Positions 46,999 through 59,430 of a stretch of 64,000 nucleotides of DNA are shown one piece after another; position 1 is the first letter of the stretch; each line of letters starts with the position of its first letter. The translations under genes were made by a program, and so were the position numbers. A model generated the notes under the pieces. The model did no database searches, was not told where the DNA came from, and saw nothing but the letters and a program-made list of their open reading frames with translations. This DNA comes from Macrostomum hystrix. Taxonomy: Eukaryota > Animalia > Platyhelminthes. Location: assembly GCA_950097015.1 (NCBI GenBank), contig CATNEN010000030.1:3906001-3970000 (forward strand), in the 5' to 3' direction.

Positions 46999-47883
46999 CG
47001 AGGGGCATTCAAAAAGTTTTAGCAACGGACCTAATAACTCCAAAAGTATATATCACAAAGAGTTAAAAAATTTTTTTAGAAATCGCAGACATATATTGGT
47101 TTTAAGCATAGAGTATGACTTTTTTTCCCCTCGAATGTGTTATACTTTCGCGTGGCCAACGCAAGTTAGTGTTTTACACTCTGCCAAAAATGGAGCCAGT
47201 GCAACCCGACCATGCGCTCTCGACTCGGAGAAAGCGTGGTCAAAATCCATGCAGACCTGGTCCCGGCAGTCGGGGACCAAGCCCCTTCCTATCGCACGGT
47301 CGCCAGGTGGATAGAGTCCATCAACGCCGGACGGGCCTCCTTGAACGACGACCCCCGGTCTGGACGACCCAGCACAGCTGTGACCGAAGCCAACATCGCA
47401 GCTGTCAGGGCTATGGTGGACGAGCATCCAAAAATTACCGTCGCTGTGATTAGCGAGACTGTCGGTATTTCCGATGGCAGTGCGCACACCATCCTGCTCA
47501 GCCACCTGGGCCTCCGCAAGGTCCCCGCCCGCTGGGTGCCCCACCTCCTGACAGAAGAGCAGAAGAGGGAGAGGGTGCGGTGCAGCCAGGAGTTCCTGGG
47601 CAACTTCGGTCCAGGAGGCAGCCAGAGGCTTTCCGACGTCGTTACAGGTGATGAGAAATGTTTTTTTAATTTTCAAGTGCCCCAGAAGATGCAGAACAAG
47701 GCCTGGGTGGGCTCTGGAGACGCGAGGCCGACTGTCCTGCGGTCCAGCTTTCGGTCCCAGAAGGAGATGTTAGTCATCTTCGAGGGGAGACTACATTGAA
47801 GGATTGTGACATGTTCAGTTGTTTTTTGCAGTTACTGTTTTTTGATAGTTGACCATTTGCCAAAACTTTTTGAATGCCCCTCG
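46999..47883 (+). mobile_element. Mariner (Tc1/mariner) DNA transposon, internally deleted, non-autonomous
   Basis: 27-bp TIRs CGAGGGGCATTCAAAAAGTTTT(A/G)GCAA (1 mismatch); TA on the left flank, CA on the right. Remnant transposase ORF 47212-47799 with HTH (APSYRTVARW, LNDDPRSGRP), WVPHLL and the first catalytic Asp (VTGDE), but no second or third Asp. The element is 885 bp versus about 1.3 kb for intact mariners. Confidence 0.92.
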
Positions 47884-47959
47884 CACAGCAGCTCGATTCC
47901 ATGCCGAATGATGAATGATGAATTTGTGTCATTCTGAAGGCTCTTTGGTGATGGGCCTT

Positions 47960-48215
47960 TCGTCATGGGATATTAGTCATGGGTGATTTGTCCTTGGTCA
48001 TGAATCATTGGTCATGGGTCATTGGTCATGGGTCATTGGTCATGGGTCATTGGTAATGAAGTACTGTTAATGGGACATTGGTAATGGGTGATTGCTGGTG
48101 GGCAGTGGTAGTTGGGCATGGTTCATGTGTCATTAACGTGGGCCATTGGTCATGGGTCATTGGTCATCATTGATTTTTCATTGGTCATGAGTCATTGCTT
48201 ATGGGTCATTTGTGA
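47960..48215. repeat. Degenerate 14-bp repeat (ATTGGTCATGGGTC)
   Basis: Core exact copies at about 48005-48050 with degenerate flanks. Confidence 0.7.
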
Positions 48216-48654
48216 TCAAGCCGATAAGTGATATCTCCAAGGATGTTTTGGGTAGCTCTTTGGGTCCTTGTTTATGAAAAAAGTGTTCCTGAAACAATTC
48301 TGCTGTCGCAATAGGAAAATGAAATTACTCATAGAATCTGACAAGGTGCATCTTTCATTGATTAGCCAAGCCAAGTCTTTCCCTTTCCGTCGTGAATAGC
48401 ACAGTTGTTTCCCATTAAAAAACTGCATAAAGACGCTGTTAAGCTAAGAAAATTGCATACAAAACAGATAAGCACAATGAGAGCTATAGAAAGTACTAAG
48501 GTTGGAAAACTTATACTGCACCGAATCGGTACTAGCAAGTATCATATTTCTAAAGCAGAGTTCACTTTTCGCTCTTGCTTGGCATCACGTGCTTCCTGCT
48601 TGCGTTGATACGACGTAAAACCCATCGGTATTCCTCAGCCCCTGGTTGTAAGAT

Positions 48655-48830
48655 TAAAATAGAATAGACTAGAATAGAATAGACTAGAATATAATAGACT
48701 AGAATAGAATAGAATAGAATAGAATATAATACATTAGAATAGAATGGAATAGAATAGAATAGAGTAGAATAGAATAGATAGAATATAATAGAATAAAATA
48801 GAATAAAATAGAATAGAATAGAACAGATGA
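48655..48830. repeat. (AGAAT)n microsatellite
   Basis: Pentamer periodicity. Confidence 0.9.
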
Positions 48831-49779
48831 AATGACATGTATTGTGGGCAGAATAGAAAGGATTAGAGATGGAAAACAGATCCTAGAGATGAATTAGGTT
48901 TTGGATGTATGTAACTTTAGCAGCAGCAAAACATGGCAATTTTAAAATGAAATAAAATACTATATGAAATAAAATAATAAAATAAGAAAATATTTATACT
49001 CTTGGGTGAGAATATGTGCACCCTGACACTCGCAGAATCGCTTTGATCTCTGCCAGTATCGACCAGAAAAGCCAAATGTCGAAAATAAAAGGCCTGTGCA
49101 TTTGCAGGACTTTCTTCAGCAGCAATGCATACACTCGCTCTCTCCCTCTCTCTCATGGGAGAAACAGGCCGCAGGATTGGTTCTAAATCCCAAAGCTCCC
49201 TGCAGGTCTCCCATCGCCCAGGATTTGTTGCTTAGGGTCTCTTCCCTTTCGCTCATCAGGCCGAGAGGAAACGAGGAAGAGGGGCTGTGCCGGTGAAGTT
49301 TGAGAATGAAATGAGTAGGGATGGCTAGGCAAAAGTAAGTGCAACGGTCCAGCGATTGTGGCGCACAAGCTAGGGGGGGATAAGAAACCCAACCAAGCAG
49401 TGTAATAAATTATGAACAAGGCTGAGCTGAGCAGGGAAGCGGAATTGATTAGTTCAAATTCTTCTCTAGCCATGAGGCTGGAGTTTCTGCAAAAACTGCT
49501 GCGGGTGGGAGCGAGTTTTTTTACCCGCGAATAAGAGAAGAAATAGGAAGGGGAATACGATGTGTGGCCTAAGTTAAGCGCCCTCCCCAACTAGCACAGC
49601 CTGTACCCTTCTGAGTCCGTTCGCAGCGCGGCCTCTCGATTTTTGTCTGGATGAGAAGAGAGAAGCGAGACCGGGCCTGGACCAGTGCTGAGTCGATTTT
49701 TCTCTGAGGTCAAAGCGACTTTTTCTACTGGCAGGCAGGCAGCCGCACTTTCTCTGGCTTGGCCGGGCTACAGCTTTGC

Positions 49780-51150
49780 ATGAATGAATGAATGAATGAA
49801 TGAATGATTGAATGATTGAATGAATGAATGAATGAATGAATGAATGAATGATTGAATGAATGAATGAATGAATGAATGAATGAATGAATGATTGAATGAA
49901 TGAATGAATGAATGAATGAATGAATGATTGAATGAATGAATGAATGAATGAATGAATGAATGATTGAATGAATGAATGAATGAATGAATGAATGAATGAA
50001 TGATTGAATGAATGAATGAATGAATGAATGATTGAATGAATGAATGAATGAATGAATGAACGAATGAATGTATGAATGAATGAATGGAATAAATGAATGT
50101 ATGAATGAATGAATGATGAATGAATGATTGAATGAATGATTGAATGAATGATTGAATGAATGAATGATTGAATGAATGAATGAATGAATGAATGAATGAT
50201 TGAATGAATGAATGAATGAATGAATGAATGAATGAATGAATGAATGAATGAATGAATGAATGAACGAATGAATGAATGATGAATGAATGAAGGAATGAAT
50301 GAACGAATGAATGAATGAATGATGAATGAATGAATGAATGAATGATGAATGAATGAATGATGAATGAATGAATGAATGAATGAATGATGAATGAATGAAT
50401 GAATGAAGGAATGAATGAATGAATGAATGAATGATGAATGATGAATGAATGAATGAATGAATGAATGAATGAATGAATGAATGAATGAATGATTGAATGA
50501 ATGAATGAATGAATGAATGAATGAATGATTGAATGAATGAATGAATGAATGAATGAATGAATGATTGAATGAATGAATGAATGAATGAATGAATGAATGA
50601 ATGATTGAATGAATGAATGAATGAATGAATGATTGAATGAATGAATGAATGAATGAATGAACGAATGAATGTATGAATGAATGAATGGAATAAATGAATG
50701 TATGAATGAATGAATGATGAATGAATGATTGAATGAATGATTGAATGAATGATTGAATGAATGAATGATTGAATGAATGAATGAATGAATGAATGAATGA
50801 TTGAATGAATGAATGAATGAATGAATGAATGAATGAATGAATGAATGAATGAATGAATGAATGAACGAATGAATGATGAATGAATGAATGAATGAATGAA
50901 TGAATGAATGAATGAATGAATGATGAATGATGAATGAATGAATGAATGAATGAATGAATGAATGAATGAATGAATGATTGAATGAATGAATGAATGAATG
51001 AATGAATGAATGAATGATGAATGAATGAATGATGAATGAATGAATGAATGAATGAATGATGAATGAATGATGAATGAATGATGAATGAATGAATGAATGA
51101 ATGAATGAATGAATGATGAATGAATGAAGGAATGAATGAATGAATGAATG
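49780..51150. repeat. (TGAA)n microsatellite, 1.37 kb, with an internal duplication of about 600 bp
   Basis: Tetramer periodicity; the variant block CGAATGAATGTATG..GGAATAAATG recurs at 50061 and 50662. Confidence 0.97.
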
Positions 51151-52974
51151 AACAAACAGATACAATAACAAGCAGGTGGTACGGCAGAGGCTTCTGTTTT
51201 CCCGGGAAGGTTGTTCGTCATTAATTACTTGGCTGGAACCCAATCCGCCCATTCCGTGTCCCTGGCCTGTCTATAATTGCATCGGGGAAAATCGATTTGG
51301 GATCGGTTTGCTGGTCTGGGCCCCTCGGGGTTGGAGGAGGCAAAGGAGGTACGGAGATGGGGAATCGGTGTGCCAGAACCTGACACTGTATTGAATCCCA
51401 AAGGACTGAGAGCTGGCCTTGTTGATTAATGGACTTATTTCTATTGGACTGTGTAGTCACTTAGTACTTTTGTTTTGTTCAATAGAGATTAATCTCAATA
51501 GACGTGTCCACAGTCGATTAAAAACGGAAGCCTAATGCAAATGATAATTAAGGTCAAATTTCTGTTTGATAGGAATTTTCCGATGTGAGTAATCGAACTA
51601 CTCAAAGGTCAATCTTGTGCGCCCTACTCACTCACCTGACCGAACAGAACAGCAGAAACTAGTCAAGATCTGTGGCCCCTCTGTCTCGCTCTCACTCTCT
51701 CTGAAAACCCTCACCGCCACCTCAATGGCTCACTGAACTGCGTGTAAAGGCGACACTTTTGGCGGTGGTGGTGGCGGAGGCGGCAGCGGCGGCGGCGGCG
51801 GCGGCGGCGGCTCGGCTGGCTTAAAGAACAAGGCTGACAGCAGGACAGCAGCTCTGAGCAACTAAATACTTTTTGAGCCGCCCAGATGCAGCTGGACTCT
51901 CTACCTCTTGCTCTGTCACACTCTTCACTCAGCCAGTAGAAAATCGAGAACTCTCTTTTGTGCACTTCTTTCTCCCTCTAATCTCCTTTTCTCATCCTCT
52001 TTCCTTCTTCCCCTGTCCAACCCCCTCCGACTCACGCCAAGCAAGTGCCCCCCCGCTGCGGCAGTTGCTCACGGCACGCACCATTGGGGTCTGGAGTGTG
52101 TGCAGACGATCGGCTCTTGGGGTTTAGAACTTTCGACGCAGGAGTCCGGGCAGGGGAGATAGAGGGATAAGGAGGACGGGGATGTAGGGGGGATGAGGCG
52201 CGAAGGAAGGACTTGAGCGTCGGGATCGGAAACTGCAGAACAGAGGACGCTTCAGCAACTACGCCCAGTCCAGTCCCCATCGCCAAGCCCGCTTAACATT
52301 CCCCCCCAGGCTGAGTCTGAGCTGTGAGGATGCAGCAATCCACTACAGTTTAGCGTGGGGCTGGAGACCGCCTAGTGATGGCGAGACACAGAGGGGTGGC
52401 AGGCCTAGCAAAGCTTGCAAGGTAAAGGAAACGCTCACAAGGAGGTTGAGAGAGAAGCAAACTAAAACTCAGGCGCATTTGTTCTCATGAAGTGCAAGGC
52501 CGAAGAGCTGCCTGGATCTCCATTCCATCCCTAAATGCCCTTCGCCTCTAGCAAAGAGGAGAGGTGAATTGACAGGAGAGGCACTCAAGGACTCGCTCAA
52601 ATTCACCCGTGCCGGCCATCTCCTTTTCTGTATATCCCATGACATCTCGTCTCCCTCCCTGTCTCTCTCTCGCTAGATATTTTGCATATCCATTTTCTCA
52701 TGCAAGCTGTAAAATGTGATGTACTGCGCGGAATGAAGTATTGAGGACAGATTGACCAGCAGAACCAGACACCTGTGCTAATGTTGTGTTCAGATTAGGA
52801 AAGCTCGACAACCATATGCGCATTCAGCTCGTGACACCATGGATAATAATGTCCAGGTACGGCTGGGGATCCACGTGTCATAACTAATAATGCAGCAGAC
52901 TCTCATTTATCTCATGTTCAGACTTCATAAGCTGTGTTGTTGCATGAGACCGTAATTTGTTATCATTAGCTGTG

Positions 52975-53065
52975 ATTTTGGGACCACGAACTGTGATTTT
53001 GAGTCCATGAAATGTGATTTTGAGACCATGAACTGTGGTTTTGAGACCGTGGGCCATGAACTTTT
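52975..53065. repeat. 21-bp repeat (TGTGATTTTGAGACCATGAAC), about 4 copies
   Basis: Imperfect tandem copies. Confidence 0.7.
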
Positions 53066-54883
53066 TGAAGCATAATGGAAAGTGAACTCAGTTCTAGATT
53101 TGTCAGCGCATGTATAAGGTAATGCTTTTATGAGAAATATACTGCAGCGAGTGCCTCGCCTTAGATCGATAAAGAGATTTTCGCTTTGTCACTTATCCCC
53201 TTTAATCTAGCGTGATTGATCCATTTTGAATGGAACTGGAGTGCGAGATAGAGGTTTCATTTACCTGGACAGACAGTATTTTAGTAGGAAGAAGACTTAC
53301 CCACTACAGTCGTGCCTGTGTCTGCCTTTGATCGGAATGGGTTTGTGCCTCTTTGTATCAAAAGAAATTTAAGGGCAATAGAATAGAATTTTCTGTTTCG
53401 GTTCTTCTCTTTTTATTTATCTCAGTTTTGTCTCCTCTTTGCAATCTGCGCTGAAAGCACGCGGCGCATGCAACAGCAGCCAAGCTTGGGGTCGCCAACT
53501 TAAATTTATAGGCGCCCCACCCCCGCGCGCGCCAGTGCAAACACGGGACCCAATGACAAAGCGGCAGATCCTATTCGAATACTTTGCTTCAAGTTCACTT
53601 CTAAGCCTGTCATGTTTCTTCTGGCCAAAACAGCTCTCAATTTTCATTCTTGGTCATAAGCGGCCCTAGCGTAGCAGTGCCGGGCCGTTTAGTATAGTAG
53701 ACTAGCAAAGATTGCCCCCACTGGAGAAGATAAAATAGAGGTCTATCGAAAGGCGACCAACATTCCTTCACCCAACTCTTGTCCAAATCCCCTTGTCGCA
53801 GCGTTGGAGGAAATATATATTTGCGCCTGTTAAATTTTTTAGGCCACTGGATACGATTTGAAGTGGCTTGGGTTTCCGATCGATGCCCCGGTGTGTGGGC
53901 GTCTCACCGAGGTGTGTCCTATTTCCTCATTCTGTTTTTAACATAATGTGGCTGCTGTTGTTCATATGCATTGTCAGAGGGAATAAAAGCGAGGAACCCT
54001 TGCCGTTTCTTGCGTTTGCGGCTTGAGGTGCAGACCCCAATAAATAATTCCCTTATGTTTTTAGAGCTATGTTAAATTTTTTCTTTTCAACTTCGCATGA
54101 TTTATGGAACTCGTATTACCTCGATTGAAAAAATTGAGGAGTTGAAAAACAGCGATCGAATCAGGTTAAAAAAACATTTTCTTGCCTCTATTTGTTTTGT
54201 GCAATTTTGGCTTTCTTTTATCCAAAAATATAAAGGGTGTTTTTCTTAAAAGCGTACAACACACAATTAATAGTTTTACTTGAATCTTGCCAAGTTTTCC
54301 GAATTTCTTAACTTACACAACAATCATTCATGAAACTTGAAATTGCGATTGCTTTCCAGACCGTGAAGCTGCAAGCCTGTATTCAACACACTTTAGTAAA
54401 TATGTTTATTTATATGTTAGGAGCAAAATTTCTAAACAACACCTGAAGGTAGTAGTTAGAAATCAGCGGCTAGTACATACTGCAAACTATATTTTTTAAT
54501 TATAAAAATGCATTCGTCAAGCATTCGCTGCTTTGCTGCTTTACACCAAGCATATTCTGCTTTGAACTTTTTAATTACTTTAGTTCTTTTAAAGCGTTCA
54601 ACTGAAAGCAAATTTAAAAGAATGAACTGTCCTGTCACCCTCCTAACCATAAAAAGATTACTCAGCATCAAGCAAGTATACTCGGTCGAACGCTTGCTTA
54701 GAATAGAAGCTCTAAAATGTCCTCCCGTTTTACACATAGCTTAAGTGCACTGTCAACTGTCTATGGTCGGAACACCAGCTGGGCAAAGAATTCGTGAGAC
54801 ATTAGGCTCCCCCGCACGATTTCTGCTAGGCAGCGGTCTGAAAGTCTGAAATAGCCTTAACTAAATAGAAAGCGCTACAAGAC

Positions 54884-57693
54884 ATGTTGAAACAAACCAG
54901 TCAACTGCGGAATTGTCGCATCGGTGCAACACACCACACTAAGCTCAGTAGTGGCGTCCCCTTACCAGTCAGCCACGTCTCTAACACCAGTCGTGGACTT
55001 TCAGCAGCTGCTAATGCAGCTACCAAGGCTGCTTCTATCACAGCCGCTCCAACAGCTGCGCCTGCCAGGCCAGGTGATGTAAAACATGAGAATCAGTTTA
55101 AACCGGCAAAGCTGCAGCAACTCCAGGCTAACAACTCCAGGCCAGGAAACAATGCTGGTGAGGCTTGGGCGTTGAGACATCTGTCACCCTCCATGCCCTG
55201 TTCCTCGTTGCTCTGCCACCCTCTGTGCCCTGTTCCTTACTGCTCTGCCACCCTCTGTGCCCTGTTCCTTGCTGCTCTGCCACCCTCTGTGCCCTGTTCC
55301 TTGCTGCTCTGCTACCCTCCATGCCCTGTTCCTCGCTGCTCTGTCCCACTCTGTGACATCTTCTTTGCTTCTCTGTCACTATTCCTGCCTGCTTATCGAC
55401 CTTGCAAACATGTAAAGCCACAATAGAATAAAGTAAATTATAACAAAATTTACATGAGACAGACATTTTTATTAACTCGGCATTAGAAGACCTTTATTTT
55501 TCCTGCAAGCGAAAAAATGCAAATTAAATAATCTGCATTTAAATTTATGCTAAATTGAAATTGCCAAACTGCGAAAACAAATAATTCCATCAAGCTCAAT
55601 CAGATGCTCGAGTCACATTGAATTTATTCAAGTCAGAATGGATTAAAATTTCACCAGGGATCTGAATATTTTCCCGAATAGAAAGCCCGAATTAGTGAGC
55701 CGCTGTCAAAGTGTCGATTTGTATAGCCCAAGTGAAACATGTGAAATTAGTCCAGCCATTTTTCTGCCAGCATCTCCCGGGGCAAAAATATGTCGATTCA
55801 CTTGACTCGGAAAAGCACGCCCATACTATAAATCGACGTCCTTCAGATTCCAGTGACGATTCCGATCGTCGCAATTCTGTTCGATTCGGCCCCAGTCAGG
55901 AGCTGCTGATGCCACGCGAGCACTCCTCGGAGTTCGACATGATGAACATCTGCTATGACATCAACAACAGCGGCCAGGGAGTGGACATGCAGAACCTGCC
56001 ATCGCTCAATGAACAGATCGAGAGGCAGCAGACTTGGATGACTATCTACTTTCGCTACCGGGTCAATTGGTACGAAGCCAAAGCTGTGCTGTCGAAGATG
56101 CCACGAGATGTCGCCTACAGAGTACGGAGTAATGTTCAACACTTTTGTGGCAGCCTAAATTTATAGTCATCTGAAATTGCACTTCAGAACAACAGAGTGG
56201 GGTTGGAAGCCAATAGAAATAAAATGGAGTCGGGTGGGGATTGGAAGCCTAAAGAAAAGAATGGGGTGGGGTGGGGATTGGTAGCCAATAGAAATAGAAT
56301 GGAGAGGGGTGGGGGATTTGGCAGCCAATTTAAAAAACAGAGTGGGTGGGGATGTGCAGCTACTAGAAATCATGTGAGTGGGGGTCGGGATCGTCAGCCA
56401 ATAGAAATCATGTGAGTGGGGTCGGGATCGGCAGCCAATAGAAATCATGTGAGTGGGGTCGGGATCGGCAGCCGATAGAAATCATGTGAGTGGGGTCGGG
56501 ATCGGCAGCCGATAGAAATCATGTGAGTGGGGTCGGGATCGGCAGCCGATAGAAATCATGTGAGTGGGGTCGGGATCGGCAGCCGATAGAAATCATGTGA
56601 GTGGGGTCGGCATCGGCAGCCAATAGAAATCATGTGAGTGGAGCGAGATTAGCAGCTAATTGAAATAATTTATAGCGGGGTGTAAAGTATCGAGAAAAGA
56701 AAGCTGTACTCAAAACCAATTGTAGAGTAGAGCAGGATTAGCGGGATTAACGGATTAACGGGACAGAGAGGCAAATGACTAATAGATTTGGGAATTAAGC
56801 GGGTTTATCAGCAAAATTATCAGAACACTTCTTCTTCTAATAAATTTGTCAATTTTCAGAGCAACTATTTGCCATTGTGGACCCGCTGCCTTAAAGTACA
56901 GCTGCACAGGAAGACAATCTTTCTTAATGCCGTACGCGCCTTCAGGAACCGGATGCAGTGCGCGATGTCCGGGGTTCGATTCATGCTAAACGCATTTTAC
57001 CGAGAGAATGATAAAAAGCATGGACAAAAGTGAGTAAACCAGCTTGGCTTGGTGCCACTTCGATTATGCAAGCACTGCTTCACAGCTTTGCTTTATTAGC
57101 GATCGCATTCACGTTTCAGCCCAAACGAGGCCAAGCCGCTGCCATACTTTCGCTGCCCCGACGACTTGCCAGGCTTAAGCAACATGGTGGTAGCCGAAGT
57201 GAGTCGGCAATTTTGCGCCATATTAATTTTGCTAATTAATACACTCGCTGAACCATTAATTACCTTTCTTTTAGCTGAACTCCACACCCCAACATGCACT
57301 ATTTAAATTTGCTGCTAACCCCAATCCACATTGTTTCTATTGGCTGCCAATCCCCATCCCACTCCACATTGTTTCTATTGGCTGCCAATCCCCATCCCAC
57401 TCCACATTGTTTCTATTGGCTGCCAATCGCCACCCTACTGCAAATGTTTCTATTGGCTGCCTATCCCCACCCTACTCCAAAATGTTTCTATTGGCTGCCC
57501 ATCCCCACCCTACTCCAAATTATTTCGATTGGCTGTCTACCCCTGCCAAGTTTAACACTATTTCTGAAATTCGCACATTTCATAACTCACTCCGCAGCTG
57601 AACGTGTTCGTATCGAACAGTACAAGCTACTTCGACAAGTTCTGGGATGAGAGTATGAAGGAGCACTTATCTCAGAGTTTGAAAAGCACTTGA
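54884..57693 (+). CDS. Hypothetical protein, five-exon model, no recognised domain
   Basis: Exons 54884-55157, about 55751 (or 55727)-56121, 56860-57029, 57120-57198 and 57598-57693 join with matching phases (1,0,2,0) and GT/AG sites. The product ends ...GQNPNEAKPLPYFRCPDDLPGLSNMVVAELNVFVSNSTSYFDKFWDESMKEHLSQSLKST*. The start and second acceptor are uncertain. Confidence 0.6.
55170..55380. repeat. 32-bp intronic minisatellite (CCCTCTGTGCCCTGTTCCTTGCTGCTCTGCCA)
   Basis: About 6 copies just after the donor at 55158. Confidence 0.85.
56175..56660. repeat. 37-bp G-rich intronic minisatellite (GTGAGTGGGGTCGGGATCGGCAGCCAATAGAAATCAT)
   Basis: About 7 near-exact plus about 5 degenerate copies. Confidence 0.9.
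57305..57545. repeat. 38-bp C-rich intronic minisatellite, reverse-complement homologue of the 56175-56660 array
   Basis: Unit CCAATCCCCATCCCACTCCACATTGTTTCTATTGGCTG; 32/38 identical to the 37-bp unit after reverse complementation (hand alignment). Confidence 0.88.
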
Positions 57694-58114
57694 ATTTAAG
57701 CAGGCAGCCCTGCTTAAAACGTTGAATCTTAAAGAGACGACAGATCTTTTGCTATGTAAAGAGAAACAAAAATAATTTTACTCGACCACCTTTTTTGTTA
57801 ATTAGACAACTCTAAATCCACTTGACTACACGATAGTAGGTAGAAGCAATGGCAATTTCACGCTGTGTATACAGACTCATAATGATATAGCAATTTTTAC
57901 TATATTTTAAGATCCAAAAATATACTCTACATTTCTTTCAACTGCTAAGCAATCATTTTTGCTTAAAGTACCGGGCAGAACCGGCAGGAAGGATTATTAA
58001 CTGCTCGAGTTTCTCGTTAAGTTGTTACATTTTTTCCACTAAGACATAAATTTCGCAATTGAATTTTGATTTTACCAACGTTTTTGTTCTTTCAAAGAAC
58101 ACCTCGCAATGGTG

Positions 58115-58345
58115 AGGGACCATTCTCTACTGGCTGTGAGGAACCATTCTCTACTGGCTGTGAGGAACCATTCTCTACTGGCTGTGAGGGATCATTCTCT
58201 ACTGGCTGTGAGGAACCATTCTCTACTGGCTGTGAGGGACCATTCTCTAATGGCTGTGAGGGATCATTCTCTACTGGCTGTGAGGAACCATTCTCTACTG
58301 GCTGTGAGGAACCATTCTCTACTGGCTGTGAGGGACCATTCTCCA
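58115..58345. repeat. 24-bp minisatellite (GAGGAACCATTCTCTACTGGCTGT), about 9 copies
   Basis: Tandem periodicity of 24. Confidence 0.92.
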
Positions 58346-58808
58346 CGATATAGCCATTATCTACTGACATTGCCATCGATGCTAAGGTTTATAATTCTAT
58401 GGCATTACATGGTATTGGGCGCCCGTCACCCATTGACAGTTGAATATTAGTTGGAACAATAATGTATGCAGAGAAAGCAGAAATCCATAATTAGTTTTGT
58501 TCGCTCTCCAAGGCAAACGTTTACCCAGCACCTGACAGAAAGCATGTGCGTAGACAGCTGGAACAGAGTCAATAAAAAGCCAAAAAATAGAAATGTAGAA
58601 ATGTAGATAGAGACATTTTTGTCATTAATTCATAGCCAATGAAGAATAGAAAAGCAAGCTATCGTGTATGCTGTCCAAGAACTGATGTTTTCAACCTCCT
58701 TAAAAGCTTCGTTCATGGAAAAAAACAGATGGGCGTCAACTGTTCAAATCCGGTACTTTGGCCTGAGCTGCTCGCTGTCGAACAGCTCCGAGATGCCGAG
58801 CCTTCGCC

Positions 58809-59430
58809 ATGGAGCCGTCAGCTGTGACGACGCAACAGCTCTGCCTGCTGTTTGCATTCGATGCCTGCAGCTCGCAGCTCGTGGAGCAGCGGCTGCGGCG
58901 GCAGAAGGCTCCGAGTGTTTGTCAAGCAGTCAGAAGGCCTCGGGCCGGGCCGACTGTGCCCAGCCGACTATCGATGGGCGAGCGGTTTCAACGGCAGCCA
59001 GTTCAAGGGATCGCTGTACAAGGCTGCGGGGAGCAGTCAGGTCGGGAACTGGAACACCCAGGCTGTCAGCTGCCGTAGCCTCCTGAACATCCTGGATGGC
59101 TCCACCGTGCCGCTGACGAAGCTGGCCGATCTTAGCAGCGTCCAGGAGCTCGCGGACCTGAGATTGTCCGTTGGACTCTCTGGTGGTGAAATCTGGGTTG
59201 GCGCCGCCTCACTGGGCAACGGCAGCTGGGCCTGGTCTGACTGCGGCTGGCCGCTGTCACTCAATACAACTGGCACTGGCGGGCTGTGAAGCACGAGCGA
59301 GCCCAACGCTGGCAACAGCGCCGACATCCGGGCCAGGATTTTGGGCTCGGCTCTATTTGACACGTTCGGCACCTCTCCGTTCTACGGCGCCTGCGAGTGC
59401 TCGGATCCGTTTTGGCACTTAATTGCTTGA
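58809..59430 (+). pseudogene. Disrupted intronless C-type lectin domain gene (EPN motif)
   Basis: CTLD-like pattern CPADYRW..F..SLYK, WNTQAVSC, LADLSSVQE, IWVG, WAWSD, then an in-frame TGA (59287-59289) followed by STSEPNAG...GACEC. The signal-peptide-like start (MEPSAVTTQQLCLLFA) needs two apparent 1-nt deletions to reach the domain frame. Confidence 0.6.

Noticed and set aside
49232-49259. Hammerhead-ribozyme-like core on the minus strand (CUGAUGA-GC-GAAA-GGG..CCC-UA)
   Set aside because: Stem III and the NUH triplet are present, but stem II is absent and stem I cannot pair; judged a chance match. An Infernal search with hammerhead models would settle it.
49725-51252. FIHS-repeat ORFs of about 495 aa
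   Set aside because: Translation of the (TGAA)n microsatellite.
48900-53950. Retroelement coding remnants in the GC-rich unique patches upstream of AChE (and at 25100-25900)
   Set aside because: No gag, RT, RNase H or integrase motifs and no paired LTRs could be found by eye; left unannotated.
54229-54255. TA-AAGGGTGTTTTTC as a Tc1/mariner TIR paired with CACCCTTTA near 59790
   Set aside because: The match is short, the sites are 5.5 kb apart with host genes between them, and there is no transposase remnant.
59287-59289. Selenocysteine recoding of the lectin UGA
   Set aside because: The position corresponds to Trp, not Cys, and I could not identify a SECIS element downstream.
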